DNA of 64,000 nt from Rhizaria sp. SCN 62-66. Its lineage: Eukaryota. The DNA is taken from the NCBI GenBank assembly GCA_001724265.1, contig MEDY01000059.1:1-64000 (forward strand). The letters are read 5' to 3'. This document shows, piece after piece, positions 32,801-45,035 of the stretch; within the stretch, counting starts at the first letter, position 1, and each line of letters starts with the position of its first letter. The notes beneath the pieces are model-generated. The model worked only from the letters and a program-made list of their open reading frames with translations, was not told where the DNA came from and made no database searches. A program made the translations under genes and the position numbers.

Positions 32801-35800
32801 CGCGCCTCGCCGTCGCGCGCGCGCTGCTGGCCCGCCTCGTCTCGGACCACTACGCCGACGTCGTCACCGGTGTCGCCGCCGAGAGCGGCATCGGCGCTTA
32901 TGTCGACACTGCAGTTGCTGAGAGCAAGGGCGCGCAGGGCTACGGCGCTGTCGCGATCTCCGTGCCTGGTTACACGGCTGCTGCGACCGCCCCCATCGTT
33001 GCGCGGCCGTCGCGGCTGTCGCAGATGCTGCGGCTCCCGCTGCTCCGCCGTCTCTTCACACCGCGCTCGCTGACGTCGACCTCGGCCGCCTCTGCCGCGG
33101 CCGCGATCACGCTCGCCGTCGTCGCTGCCTTTGCTGCTGGCTGCATGCACTTGATTTGCCTTTACGCGCGCTACCCGTCCCACGCTAGTTCTTCCGCGGC
33201 GACCACCCACACCGTGCTTGCCTCCTCTGATGATGACGACGCTACCCAGGCTCAGTTTGCGTCTTTTGCCTCCACCTTCGCGCCCGCCAACGGCAACGGG
33301 AGCGCCGACAGCAGCAAGAGCGGCAAGGCGAGTTTGGGCGACCTCGTCGTCGACGTGGGGCTGCTCACCGTGCACCTGGCGTCGGCGCAGCTGCTGTGGC
33401 CAGTGCTCGCCGCTGTGGCCGTGCTCGCCGCGCTCGTCCCCGCACTCGCCGCCGTCGCGCTCGCGCGCGGGCTCGGCCGCAGCGGCGCGCGCAACGACGG
33501 CTGCGGCGAAGAGGACCACCACGACGGCGCGTACAAGCCGCGCGCGCGCGTGCTGAGCAGCCACCGCCGCGAGGCCGAGCCCGCCGCCGACGAGGACCAC
33601 TACCGCAACAGCTACCAGTCCCCAAGCATGAGCACCGGCGAGCCCGTGTGTGTCGTGGGCGCTGCGAAGCCGCTCGCGTTGTCTGTGCTGCCCAAGGCGG
33701 CTGCGCCGGCGGACGCGCGCCCGGGCTTCGCGCCGCTGGCGCCGGTGCGCGCCTTTTGGCGCGCGCTGTCACAGCCGCCACTGCTGGGCGGCACGCACCC
33801 GCGCTCCGGCGCGTTCATGTTCTCGCTCGCTGACCTCGCCGCGCTCGCGCAGAGCGACGGCGTCGCCGCCGAGGCCGCGCCCGCGATCGCCGCCGCGGCC
33901 AGCAGTAACGTCATCGCGCGCGCGGGCACCGTGTTCACGGTGCCGCCGCCGTCGCCGGCCGTGCTCGAGGCCACTGTGTCCGCGACGGGTGGCCTGGCTT
34001 CTGTGTACCACGCGGCCTACATTCCGCACACTGTGCACAGCACCACTGTCGCCGTTGCAGCCGCTGCGGCTTCCTTGGGCACGGATGCCGCTCATGATGC
34101 GAGCGTATCCGTCGACGCCGACGTGCACAGCTCCAGCCTGAGTCTTACCGCGAGTCTGAGCAGCTGGGTGCTGAGCCCCACGGTCCCGGTCTCGCAGCCC
34201 GCGTCGTCGGCGGCCTCCACGGTCTCCGCCGCGCCCGCAGTGCCCGCGGTCACTGCCCGCGCGCTTGCCACTGTCGGTGCGGAGCTCTTGCCCTGGGCTG
34301 CGCTTCCCGGCGTCACTGTCGTCGCTGCAACTAGCTCGGCTGACGCAAGCACTGTCGTCGGTGGTTTGGCCGGACTGCCGCTGTCCGCGGCCGCTGTTGA
34401 GTGGCTGTGGTCGCGCTTGCCGCCCGCCTCCGCCGCCGCCGCCGCGGCCTCGGGCAGCTCGCGCGGCGGGGCATCGATGCTCGCGTTGGGCGCGCCGGGC
34501 AGCAGCAGCGCGGCGGCGCGCACTCGCACCGCCGCCAACGTTGCTGCGGCTACGGCCGCGCTGACTCGCGCCCCGACCGCCGCCGTGGCCGCCGCGACCC
34601 TGCTCGCCCCGGTGTCCGCCTCGGTGTCTGTGCCGGCGGTCGCCTCGTCTCTTGCGGGCGAGGCCGCCGCGTCGCGCGACGAGGACGCGGCCGACGCTGA
34701 CGCGATCACGGTCTCGGCGCGCGACGTCGCCTACGCGCGACTCCGCGGCGCCGACTGCGTGGGCGAGGCCGCAGCCGCAGTGGCGAGCTCGCGCCCGCTC
34801 TGGCTCGTCGGCGCCGGTGTCGGCGCGCTGTGGTTCGCTGCGCGCCAGCTCGGTGACGCTGCGCGCGCCGCCGCGGCCGCTGCAGCGTCGGCCACGAGCT
34901 CCGTCGTTGCGACACCTGTTGCCGTCAATAACAACGATGATGACGATGATGGCAATGATTGTGGCAATGGTGGTAAAGGTAGGGGCAACAAGAAGCACGG
35001 GTTTGACGGTGGGGACATGAGCAGCAGCGGTGACAACGACGAGTCTGACAACGACGATGACGCCAACGACGACGGCCGTGGTTCTGACCCCAACACCAGT
35101 AGACAGGCATCCTCGCGCATGCAGTCCTTGCGGGCCGCCGACACGGGTGCTCCGTTTGGCAGTGCTGAGAGCAACAAAGCTGCTGACGCGTCCGCCACGC
35201 TCACAGCGCTTATTGCCGACTCCGCCGTTTCCGGCGCGAGCACTGGCGCTGCTGCTGGACGTAGCTAGGCTGATGAGGACGAAGATGTGCCGAGTGACCT
35301 CGACTTATCGACGCACTTGCCTAACCCGAGCTTTGAGAACGCGAGCGGCGCCACTGCCGGCGCTGCCGCTGCCTCTGTTCAGATTCCAACGGCACATGAT
35401 GTCATCTCTTCCTTTACTTCCGCTGACTCGAACAATTAGTCTGCGCCCGCTGCGGTCTCTTCCATCGCTTCGATCGCGCTCCCGTAGCCGTCGGCTGCGC
35501 TTAAAACATCTGACGCTGTTCCTACAGCAAACAAGAACAACATTGGTACCGATGCCGCGTCCTCTTTCGAGCACGGTAACTCACTCGCTGTCTCTATCGG
35601 TGTCCGCGACTGCGCTGGCGACAGTGCTCGCGACAGCGCTCTTGGCAGCGGCACCAACACAGGCAACGGCGACGACGAGGAACAAGGTGACCGCTTCATG
35701 CCATCACCCTCGCACCTGCAATCGCATTCACATGCGTACTCGCGCGCGCACTCGCACGCCTACTCCCCGTCGGCGTCGCCGCGCTTCTCGCAATCACGCT

Positions 35801-37440
35801 CGTCGTCACACGCGCCGTCGCCGCGCATGTCGCCTTCGGGCGTGCGCCGCTCGGTGACCTCCATCGTCTACCAGCCTCCGCCCGCCGCGCTTGCGCTCGC
35901 CCCCTCTGCGTACGTCGCTCCTCCAAGTGCGAACCCCGCCTCGCGGACTGCGAGCGACGGGCAGCATCTGCAGCAGCAGCAACAGCCGACGTCGTCACGC
36001 TCATCTCAGACGCGGTCACAGTCGCCGACGAACTCGCAGAGCGATGACGGCGCTTCCCCTTCTCCCCTCACGACCCCGCGCCAGATGACTGCCAGCGGCG
36101 CTGTAGCGGGCGGCAGCGGGTCGCGCGCGGCGAGGCCGTTCCTGACGCCCGGACTGGCCCCGCGCACTGTGTCGGCCGCCTCGGCCGCGCGCGCGCACAC
36201 GCAACAACAGTCACAGTCTCGCTCGCCCTCGTCCTCCCCGCAGCAAGGCCACACGCACATAAACAACGCACGCGGTTCTGAAGTTCCTTCGCTGCTTGAG
36301 AATAACGACGACGTTAACCTGGCGTCCGAGCAAGAGCTCGAGCGTCCGCGCGGCCAGTCTGCGGTGTACGGCGCGGAGGGCCTCGACCAGCACTACAGCA
36401 GTAGAAGCGGCAGCGTTGTCGTCGGCGGCGGTGCGAATGGTAGAGTCGGACTGAACCATGGCCAGACTGGCTCGTACTCGTTGCAGCAGCTGCACCGCCG
36501 CCTGGTCACCGGCACTTCGTCCGCCTCGCGCTCGCCGCAGCCGCCGGCCAACTACGCGCGCGCCTTCACGCCCACCTCGGCCGACGCCGCCGCTGCGGCT
36601 GCAATCGCGGCAGCTCGCATTGTGCCTGCCGGCGCGGCCCCGCTGTCTGCGGCCGAGCTCATGGGCCTCGGCGCGGGCGCGACTGCGGGCACTGCGACGA
36701 TCGGCGCGGGCGGCCTTCCCCTGTATAACCGCTCTCACCGCGGGTCTGTGTCGGCCGTTACGAACCCTGCGCTGACTGCGCGGCTTGACTTCGATAACGA
36801 GTTCCCTGATGACGACGCCAACGACGCAGAGGTTGCCGCTGCTGTCGCCGCCGCGGTCGCCTCGGCGCGCGCCGCGGCCGCTGCTGCGCGCGCCGCTGGC
36901 GGTGAGAGCGACAGCCCGAGTCCGAGTCACAATTCGAGCAGCCACCGCGATGGTGACGGCGAGCGCAGCCAGTACAGCCCCAGCCGCAACAACGCCGCCA
37001 CTGGCGACGCAGGTTCAGAGGACCCTAATGCCGTGGTTACCGCGGGCGCGGGGCCGCGCGGCAGCATCTCCGGCCGCAGCCGCGCAGGCCGCAGCGTCGA
37101 CAGCCGCGCCGAGGCGGACGCCATGATGGCCGCGCGCCTGGGTCGGCTCTCACCCTCGGGCTCCGCCGCGGGCAGCGCGTGGAGCCTCTCGCTGAGCGAG
37201 GCGGAGGACCACCGCGTCTACGCAGCGAAGCAGCTTTTGCGCGCTGGCATTCAAGTTGCTAACACGCCCCTGCGCCCTCCCGGAGCGACTGGAGCTGGAG
37301 GTGAATCAACGGTGACGAGTCCGTCGACGGCAGCCGGGTACATCATGGCCATGGAAGATATTGCGCGTAAGCATGTGGGGTTCTCTCCTATCAAGCACGA
37401 AAAGCATCCTGAACAAGGACAGGAGTCACATCCTCAGTAA
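26836..37440 (+). CDS. Giant (3534 aa) Ala/Ser/Gly-rich multi-pass membrane protein of unknown function, read through three in-frame TAGs (35266, 35437, 35485)
   Basis: ORFs 26668-35268 and 35698-37440 are in the same frame. The linker translates as natural protein (ADEDEDVPSDLDLSTHLP...GDDEEQGDRF) with TAG as the only stop codon. Many long hydrophobic segments. Ends TAA. Confidence 0.75.
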
Positions 37441-37890
37441 GACTGATACTGTCATCACTGAGGTCTCTGTTCAAGTTGCAAATGCCTACAAGAGATGTTT
37501 AACAAGCTATTTAGTTTCTGAGTTTTAGTCTTAAGTCTTCAAGTTGTTTTGTACTTCGACTTGAAACACACACAATACAATTCTGATTTTCATTCTGCAG
37601 CTTCGACTGTGAGTCATGAAAGGTGTCACTTAAGAGACTGTGAGCACAGATAATCAGAGGTGGCCGTTGATGTGGGTCAGATTTCGAAGCCAGACTCTTT
37701 AAGTCTGTATCACTTTACCCCTAAAGGAAAACAGTCTGCATGTATTATTTACAGATATAACTTAAATATGAAAACGTGAAAATTTAATATTAAGCCTTAA
37801 ATCGAACATGTATCTCACCAAACCTATCTTGATGTTCGTGACCCTCGTGCTCGTACGCAGGAAGAGAGTCCTGACTCTTTCTTCCTAACG

Positions 37891-40800
37891 ATGTCACGCG
37901 TCGTTCACTCTTCCTTCTTCCGGCCGTTTTTAACAACGGCCGCAGCTTTTTTCCTTTCTGTGTGTTACTTTAACGTGCCCGGCGTGCACGCGCAGAACAT
38001 TCGTGCGGGTTCCGACCCCGTTCCTGTGTTGCTTGCCTCGGCTACGGGGCTGCGTCAGTGTTACAGCTTCGACGGTACGGGGAACAACTTCGAGACCCCG
38101 TCCTGGGGCTCAGTTGGCGAGGAGCTTGTGCGTCCTGAGGGCAACAACTACGAGAGTAACTCATGGCACTTCATGGCGAACGGGCCCAACCCTCGTACAG
38201 TCTCCAACGTCATGTCTCACGAGACCTGTACCGATGGCGACCGTACTGCTGAGACATGCATCAACGACTGGTAAGTCAACTTAAAACAAGTCAACCCGCA
38301 TGCTGTGGTCATTTAATTGTCTTCTTTAAGTTGTGTATGTCGTAGCACGTCATCAAATTGCTAAATCTGTTGTCGTTTCTTCGCACTTCTCTCTGTTTGT
38401 TTCCGCCCCTAGGTTCTGGCTGTGGGGCCAGATGATCGACCACGACATGACACACGTGCCGCTCTTCCCCAAGGGCGTGGACAACACGACCATCAACGTC
38501 CCTGTTCCGTCGACCGACCCGTTCCTTGCCGGCCGCTCGCTGCCAATGCGCCGCTCGGCCGTGACGGAGAACAGCGAGCAGATCAACCTCGCGACGGCCT
38601 ACCTCGACGCGAGTCAAATCTACGGCACCTCCGCGGCCTCGGCGCGGCGCGTGCGCTCGCTGTCGGGCGGGCGACTGCTTGTAACGCAGGACGGCTTTAT
38701 GCCGGTTATCCCCGCGCGGCTGCGCATGGACCACGGTGCGACGCCGACGTTCGACGAGCTGGGCCACCCCGCCTTCCGCGACCAGTTCCTCTGCGCCGAC
38801 ATGCGCTGCAACCAGCACGCGCCCATGGCCGCGCTGCAGGTCATGTTTGTGCGCGAACACAACCGCATTGCGTCCGCGCTTGCTGCGGCACGGCACCCGG
38901 CGTACCAGACCGATGAGGCCATCTACCAGACTGCGCGCGCAATGGTGATCGCGATGATGCAGAGCATCACGTACCGCGAGTTCCTCCCGCTGCTTATGGG
39001 CCGCTTTGGCGTTGCGCCCTACTCGGGCTACAAGAGCAACGTCCCTGCAGGTGTGTCCAACGCCTTTACCACGGCCGGCTTCCGCACCTCACACTCGATG
39101 GTGCGCTGCGAATTCCGCGAGACCACCACGACGGGGCAGACGCTGCGCGCGGTCAACTTCGCCACCTCCTTTTTCGACTCGACCTGGATTCGCGGCCCGC
39201 CTGCGCAGCCCAACCGTGCAAACCGCGAGGCAAACGCCTACCAGTCGATCATGCACGCGCTGGCCGTGAATCCCAGTGCGCGCATGGACCACCGCGTGGC
39301 GCCCTCGCTGCGCTCTGTGCTCTTCGCGCCGTCGACCACGGCCGCGGGCGAGGCTTTCCCTGCCATGGCCTTTGACGTCATTGCCAGCGACATCCAGCGC
39401 GGGCGCGACCATGGGCTGCTCGACTACCGCCGCATGCGCCGCGCACAGGGCTGGCGCGACGTGGGCTCGGTGATGGACATCACGGCTGACCGCAGCAAGC
39501 AGCAGATCCTCGCCTCGCTCTACCCCGACATCAACGGCATCGACCTCTTCGCCGGCATGATGCTTGAGGATCCGCTCGACGGCGCGCTTACGGGCCCTGT
39601 TACAACTTCTGTTGTTAGGGATCAGTTTGAGCGTGCTCGTGACGGTGACAGGTACGTCTACGCATTAGCAAACTATACTGCACATAGCCGCTATATTAAG
39701 ATTCCTTACGTTTTTTCATATCGACTTTATGCTAACCATACTCATTATCCTATCATTATCTTATTTGTTTTCGCTGTGATAACCGTGTATTTGCTCAGGT
39801 GCTGGTTCGAGAACCAGTTCCAGGGCCAGCTGCTGACTGTGCTGCGCGGCGTGCGCCTGCGCGACCTCGTGGACCGCAACTTCGCCAACCCGCCCCCGGT
39901 TACCACGCAGAACGCCGACGGCGTGGCCGCCGCGGCGACCAGCGAAGGCTTCTCGCTGCTGTCGCGCCGCCGCGACGGCCACGCCGCGCGCACTATGGCG
40001 ACCGAGACCGCCGCCGCCGCTGCAGCCGAGGGAGCGCTCGCCACGCCCCCTGTCGTCATCGATAACAGCGATGTCGGCATGCCTCCTGCGGACGGCGAGT
40101 CAATGTTTGGCCGCGGCCGCCCCAGCCGCGACGGCTCTGGTGGCCCCGGTGGCCGCGGCGACCGCGACGGGCATGATGGCCGTGACGGCCGTGGGCCCAG
40201 TGGTCGCGGTGGTCGCGGCGACCGCGGCGACCGCGGCGGTGACGACGGCCGTAGCAGTCGTGACGGCGGCAGCGAGGACGACAAGAACCGTCAGCGCGAC
40301 CCCAACCGCCCCCGTCCGAGAGACGGCGGCGACTCGCAGCACGGCGACTCGCAGCACGGCGGCGAGCACCAGCACGACGGTCACCACCAGCACGGCGACC
40401 GCCCTCACGGCGACGACGGCAGCCACGCGCACGGCCCGCGCGGCGACGACAGCGGCGGCGACGGCGACCGCCGTCCGCCTCGTGGCGACGGCAGCGGTGG
40501 CAGCGACGGTGACCGTCGGCCCCCGCGCGGGGACGGCAACAACGGCGACCGCCCCCGCGGGCCCCCCAGAGGCGAGCGCAGCCAGGGCCCCCAGGACGGC
40601 AGCGGTGAGCAGCACAGCGGCCCCAGAGATGGCAGTGACGGCGAGCACCGTGGCCCTCCCCGCGGCAACGGCGACAGCAACAGCGACAGCGACCGCGGCC
40701 GCGGCCGTGGCCGTGAGCGTGGCGCGCCCGACGTGGACCTGCGCAGCTGGGAGGAGCGCGAGCACGCGGGCCTTACAGGCAACGGCGTGCCGGGCCACCG

Positions 40801-41559
40801 CCCGCGCGGCGGGCCCATGCCGCCCGACACGCGCCCCGCCACTGCCGTCGACGACGTCATCGGCTACCGGTACGCTCAGCGCTCGTGCTGTGACACTTCT
40901 GTTTTATCATGTATTGCGACTAGAAGACTTACTCAAGCGAACTTGTTTTCATTTCTATTTACAAGATAGTATTATTCACAATTTATTGTTCACTATTGTT
41001 TCTATTCGCTCCACGCAGCTGCGACGGCTCGAACGACTGCGAGCCGGTTACCTTCGACGATCCTCTGGACCCCGAGATCATCGCGATCGCTCGCGAGATC
41101 CGCGACTCGCGCCGCGCCGCCTCGGCCGCGTCCACCGTTACCTCGTTCACACCGCAGGGCGCGCCCGTGTTCCAGCAGACGCAGCTGCAGCAGACGCTGG
41201 ACCTGTCGAAGCAGCAGCAGCAGCGGCAGGTGTTCGGCGTGCACGGCGCGGGGACGCAGGCGCATCCCGTCTTTGGGACGCTGCGCGCCGAGGCCGGGCA
41301 CGCAACGTTCCACTCTGCGCACCCGCACGCGCACTCGCCCGCGCTCTTCGGTGGCCTCCCGCACCCGCGCTTCTTCGCCACGCTGCAGAACAACAACGCC
41401 TTCAACAACGGCGTCAACAACAACAACGCCAACGTCCCCATCGCCAACCTGCAGCCCGCGCCGGGGATCATGCAGAATGTCAACCGCGGCGCGCTGCCCA
41501 ATGTGCCCGCCGCCGTGCTTGTTGAGAACATTTTCCTCACGCCCCAGTGCCGCCGCTAA
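37891..41559 (+). CDS. Secreted heme peroxidase of the peroxidase-cyclooxygenase superfamily; exons 37891-38270, 38413-39651, 39799-40869, 41019-41559
   Basis: WGQMIDHD (distal His), QINLATAYLDASQIYG, ADMRCNQ, FVREHNRIA, GFRTSHS (proximal His), IQRGRDHGL, IDLFAGMMLE and DQFERARDGDR|CWFEN. All three introns are GT-AG and phase-consistent. Ends TAA. Confidence 0.92.
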
Positions 41560-42058
41560 GCCGCGCCGCTCCATGTCAGTCGTTCTCTCACCAGTGTTGT
41601 CATCGCTCAATCACTTCGCTTTGCTATGTTCTAGCTGAGTCATCTCAGTTGCTTTGCGTGAAATGCGTTTAATGCTAAGCTTATGATTTAATGGGTGTTG
41701 GAAGAAGACCTTTGTGTTTTAGGTATTTGTTTTATCGTACTAGTGTCTGAAATAGACAATGTTACATGTCTGTTTCTGTGTGTATTCGTTGTAACGGCAG
41801 ATGCGTATTGCCGTTCTTGCGAGGTTGCATGTTTCTGCGCGGCTGCGCGTTGTAACTTGTTGGACTGGCCGGCGGTGATCGCCGTCGTCACTGCGCTACG
41901 CATAGTTGGGCATGACACAACATTATTTTGTATTGGCTCACTCTTCAATCAAGAAATACACTATTCAAATTAGAAAATAACAAGATTGACTTGATGTGCT
42001 CAAAGTTTCAGAAACGATTTAACGAGACCAAGTAATGTGAGTACGATCATGAACCGCC

Positions 42059-45035
42059 TCAGATATTCTTGAACCGTTCCGCGCGTGCCGCCGCGGCCTC
42101 CGCGGCCCTGGCCCGCTCCGCGCGGCGGTCACGGTCGACCCTGCGCAGCGCCAGCAGCTGCTTCTCGGCCGCCGCCGCGTCAGCACGCTCCAGCGCGAGA
42201 GCTGCAGCGGCCGCGGCGGCCGCGGCGTCGGCCTCGCCCGCTGCGCGCGCCCGCGCCTGCGCGCGCGCGAGCCCTGCCGCGGTGACGAGCGCGTGCGGGC
42301 CCAGCAGCGCGTGGCCCGCGACCGGCAGCGCGGAGCCGCGGAAGCCCGTCGCCCAGCCGTTCTCTGCGTCGCCGGTCTCTGCAGCGTGGCCGCCGTTGCT
42401 GCCGATGCCGCCGTTGTCGGCCGCGGCGGCCAGGAGCAGCTTGAGCCTGTTCGCGGGGACAGCGTCCTGCAGCGCGGGGGCGGCGGCGCTGAATCGCGCG
42501 GCGGCGGCGAGCGCGGCGGCAGCGTCTGCGGCGGCCGCGGCGGCCAGGTCGTCGGCCAGCGGGACCAGGAGCAGCCGGCGGAGGTGCGCGGTGACGTCCG
42601 CGACGAGCGCGACGAGCGGCGGCGTAATGGCGCCCACCGCGGGGGCGAGCATGCACAGCGCACTGCTCTCGGGGCCGGTCACGCCGCCCGCGCCCACGAT
42701 GTCGGCGGCGGTGAGCGAGGGAAGCAGCAGCAGCGTGACGGCCTCGGCCGCGACTGATAGCACACCCACCAGCAGCGCTACGACGTCGATTCCGGCCCCC
42801 GCGCCGGCGCTCGCGCTCACACTGCTGCTGCCGCTGCCGCGAGCACTGTTTGCCGCGGCGAGCGCGGAGGCGTAGAGCCGGCCCGTGGCGGGGTCCGCCT
42901 GCGCGGGCGCGAGCGGGCGCGGCAGCGGCAGCGCAGCGGCGGCCGAGGACACGTCGAGGAACGCTCCGTGGCCGTGCGCGGGCGCCTTGAGCCAGGCCAG
43001 CGCTGACGCGCGCAGCGACGGGGCCTTGACGGGCGCGATGTCGCTGCCCGCGGCCGCGGCGCCGGGCCGCGCGGGCGACGTCGGCGGGGACATCGACAGG
43101 GTCGTTGCGGCGCTCATTGCGGGGGACGCGGAGGGGCCCAGCGACGGGGACGACGCGGGGGACTGCTGCAGCGCGATGCTGTTGCTGTTGTTGTTGCCGG
43201 GGGCGCTGGGGCCGGCGGGCGCGACGGGGGACGCGAAGCCCGCGTCCGCAGCAGTGGCGGACTCGTCGAAGCTGCCCCGCGCGTCCGCGTCGCTCGCGCG
43301 CCCGACGCGAGCGCCAGTGGCAAGCGAGAGCGCCGACGCTGTCGCCGCCGCCGCACTGGTCGCCGGCGAGGCGAGCGCGAGCGGGGCCCTGTGCGCGAAC
43401 TGGGGCGCGGCGGGCAGGTCCTGCTGCTCGAGCGGGCGCAGCGGCGGCGCCGTCGTCACGGGCGGCGGCGGCGCGAGCAGCGGCGGCAGCAGCGCGGGCG
43501 CGTAGGCCGCCAGGAAAGCGAGCGCAGGCGAGGACGCAACGGCTGCGTGCGTGGCCAGCAGCTCAGTCTCCGTATCGAAGCCGTCGAACTCGCCCTCACC
43601 CTCGTCCCCAGCGTCAGCGCCAGCACCGTTGGCGCCAGCGCCAGCGGCCGCAGACTCAGGGCCCGCGCTGCCAGTGCCGCTCTTGCCGCCGCCGCTCTTG
43701 CTCGCCGCGGAGGTGGCGGCGACGCGGTACGCGTCCGCGGGGGTGCTGAAGCGGTATGCGTGAGGCACCGCCGACACCGGCAGCCACACCGTGCCCTCCC
43801 GCACCACCACGCCCACGTCGCCGCCGCCGGCACCGCCGCCGGCGCTACTGCCGACGCTGACGGCGCGGGCCTCGGCGGCGGCGAGCGGGAGCGCCTGCGG
43901 GACGACGCCGGGCGCAGGCGGCGTGAAAGCCGCGGGCGGGGCCGTGAATAGCGCTGACGACGCCGCGGGCGCGGTCCCGGGGCCGTAGTCCGCGCCCAGC
44001 ACCGCGCTCGCCGCGCGCGCTGTCGCAGTCGCACTGGCTTTGGCGCTGGTGCTGGTGTTGTGGTGGCCTTGCTTCTGCTCGTGCTCGAGCTCGAGCTCGA
44101 GCTCGGCCGCGCGGCGGGGCGTGAGCGCGGTGACGCTGGGGCGCGCAAGCGCGTGGTGATAGTGCTGGTGATTCGCGTGCGCGTGCGCGGTGGCGGCCGC
44201 GGCGGGCGCGGTGAGATGTTTGGCGTGCGCGGCGTTGAAGTGCCTGTCGACGTGCGCGGATACCTCCGCGAGCGCGACCAGCAACGACGCCGCCGCGCGG
44301 ACGCGCACGCCACCCGTGGGCGCGACGCTCACGCTCGCCACGGCCACAGCGCCGCCGGAGCCGGGCGCGGCGAGGGGCGGCCAGGGCGCGGGCGCGCGCG
44401 GGGGCAGCGCGGGCGCCAGCGCCGGTGCGAGCGCGGGCGCGGGGGGCCCGAAGAGCGCCAGCGCGGCGTCCTCGGGCGCGGCCCCCGCGGCGTAGAGCGC
44501 GGGGGACGGCGCCGCCGCGGTTGTCGTGATAAGTAAGGCGCGCGAGGAGGAGTCCGCGGTGGCGGCGCCGTCCGCGGAGGCGAAGGAGGGCGCGAGCGGA
44601 AGAGGGGAGCCGAGCAGCGCGCCGGCGTCGGACGACGCGGACGCGGGGGCCGTCGAGGTCAACACGTTGCTGAGCGTCATGCCCAGCAGGAGCACGCTCG
44701 CGAGCCGTGTCGCGGTGTGCGCAGAGTTCTTGTGCTAAGGCGGCGAGATGCAGGGAAAGCATAAGCGATGACGTGTAAGAGAACGAAAGTTGACGGCGAG
44801 GTGGAGGAAGGAAGGAGGGCGGTAGAGAATCAAGATTTCCATGAAAACAAGTGAAAGCAGGCGACTAACATACCTGGGAGTACCAAGAAGTGATGGCGGC
44901 GGGCGAGAGACGCGTTGTGTTGCACCAGAGCGCGCGGCCCTGCAAGACGTCACTGAGATAGATCATCTGTTGTTGCAAGGTCATGGCGACTGCCACCACG
45001 GATTGGCCATGGTTAACTGGCGTGTTTGCACTCAT
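42059..45035 (-). CDS. Hypothetical Ala-rich protein; exons 44874-45035 and 42059-44734
   Basis: The GTATGT...TTAG intron (44735-44873) joins ITSWYSQ|HKNSAHTATRLASVLLLGMTL in frame. The N-terminus looks globular and the C-terminus coiled-coil-like. Ends TGA. Confidence 0.75.

Noticed and set aside
22569-35487. In-frame TAGs as 3' splice acceptors of hidden introns
   Set aside because: There is no upstream GTACGT-type donor, no pyrimidine-rich AT-rich tract like the real introns here, and the flanks read as continuous coding sequence.
22569-35487. Pyrrolysine or selenocysteine recoding
   Set aside because: Selenocysteine uses UGA. Pyrrolysine is known only from prokaryotes, no pyl genes are present, and the TAG sites are not catalytic-like.
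20685-37440. Both TAG-containing genes as pseudogenes
   Set aside because: Six of six interruptions are TAG, with no TAA, TGA or frameshift over about 15 kb, and TAG is absent as a terminator in the other genes. CAG>TAG mutation bias cannot be fully excluded from the sequence alone.
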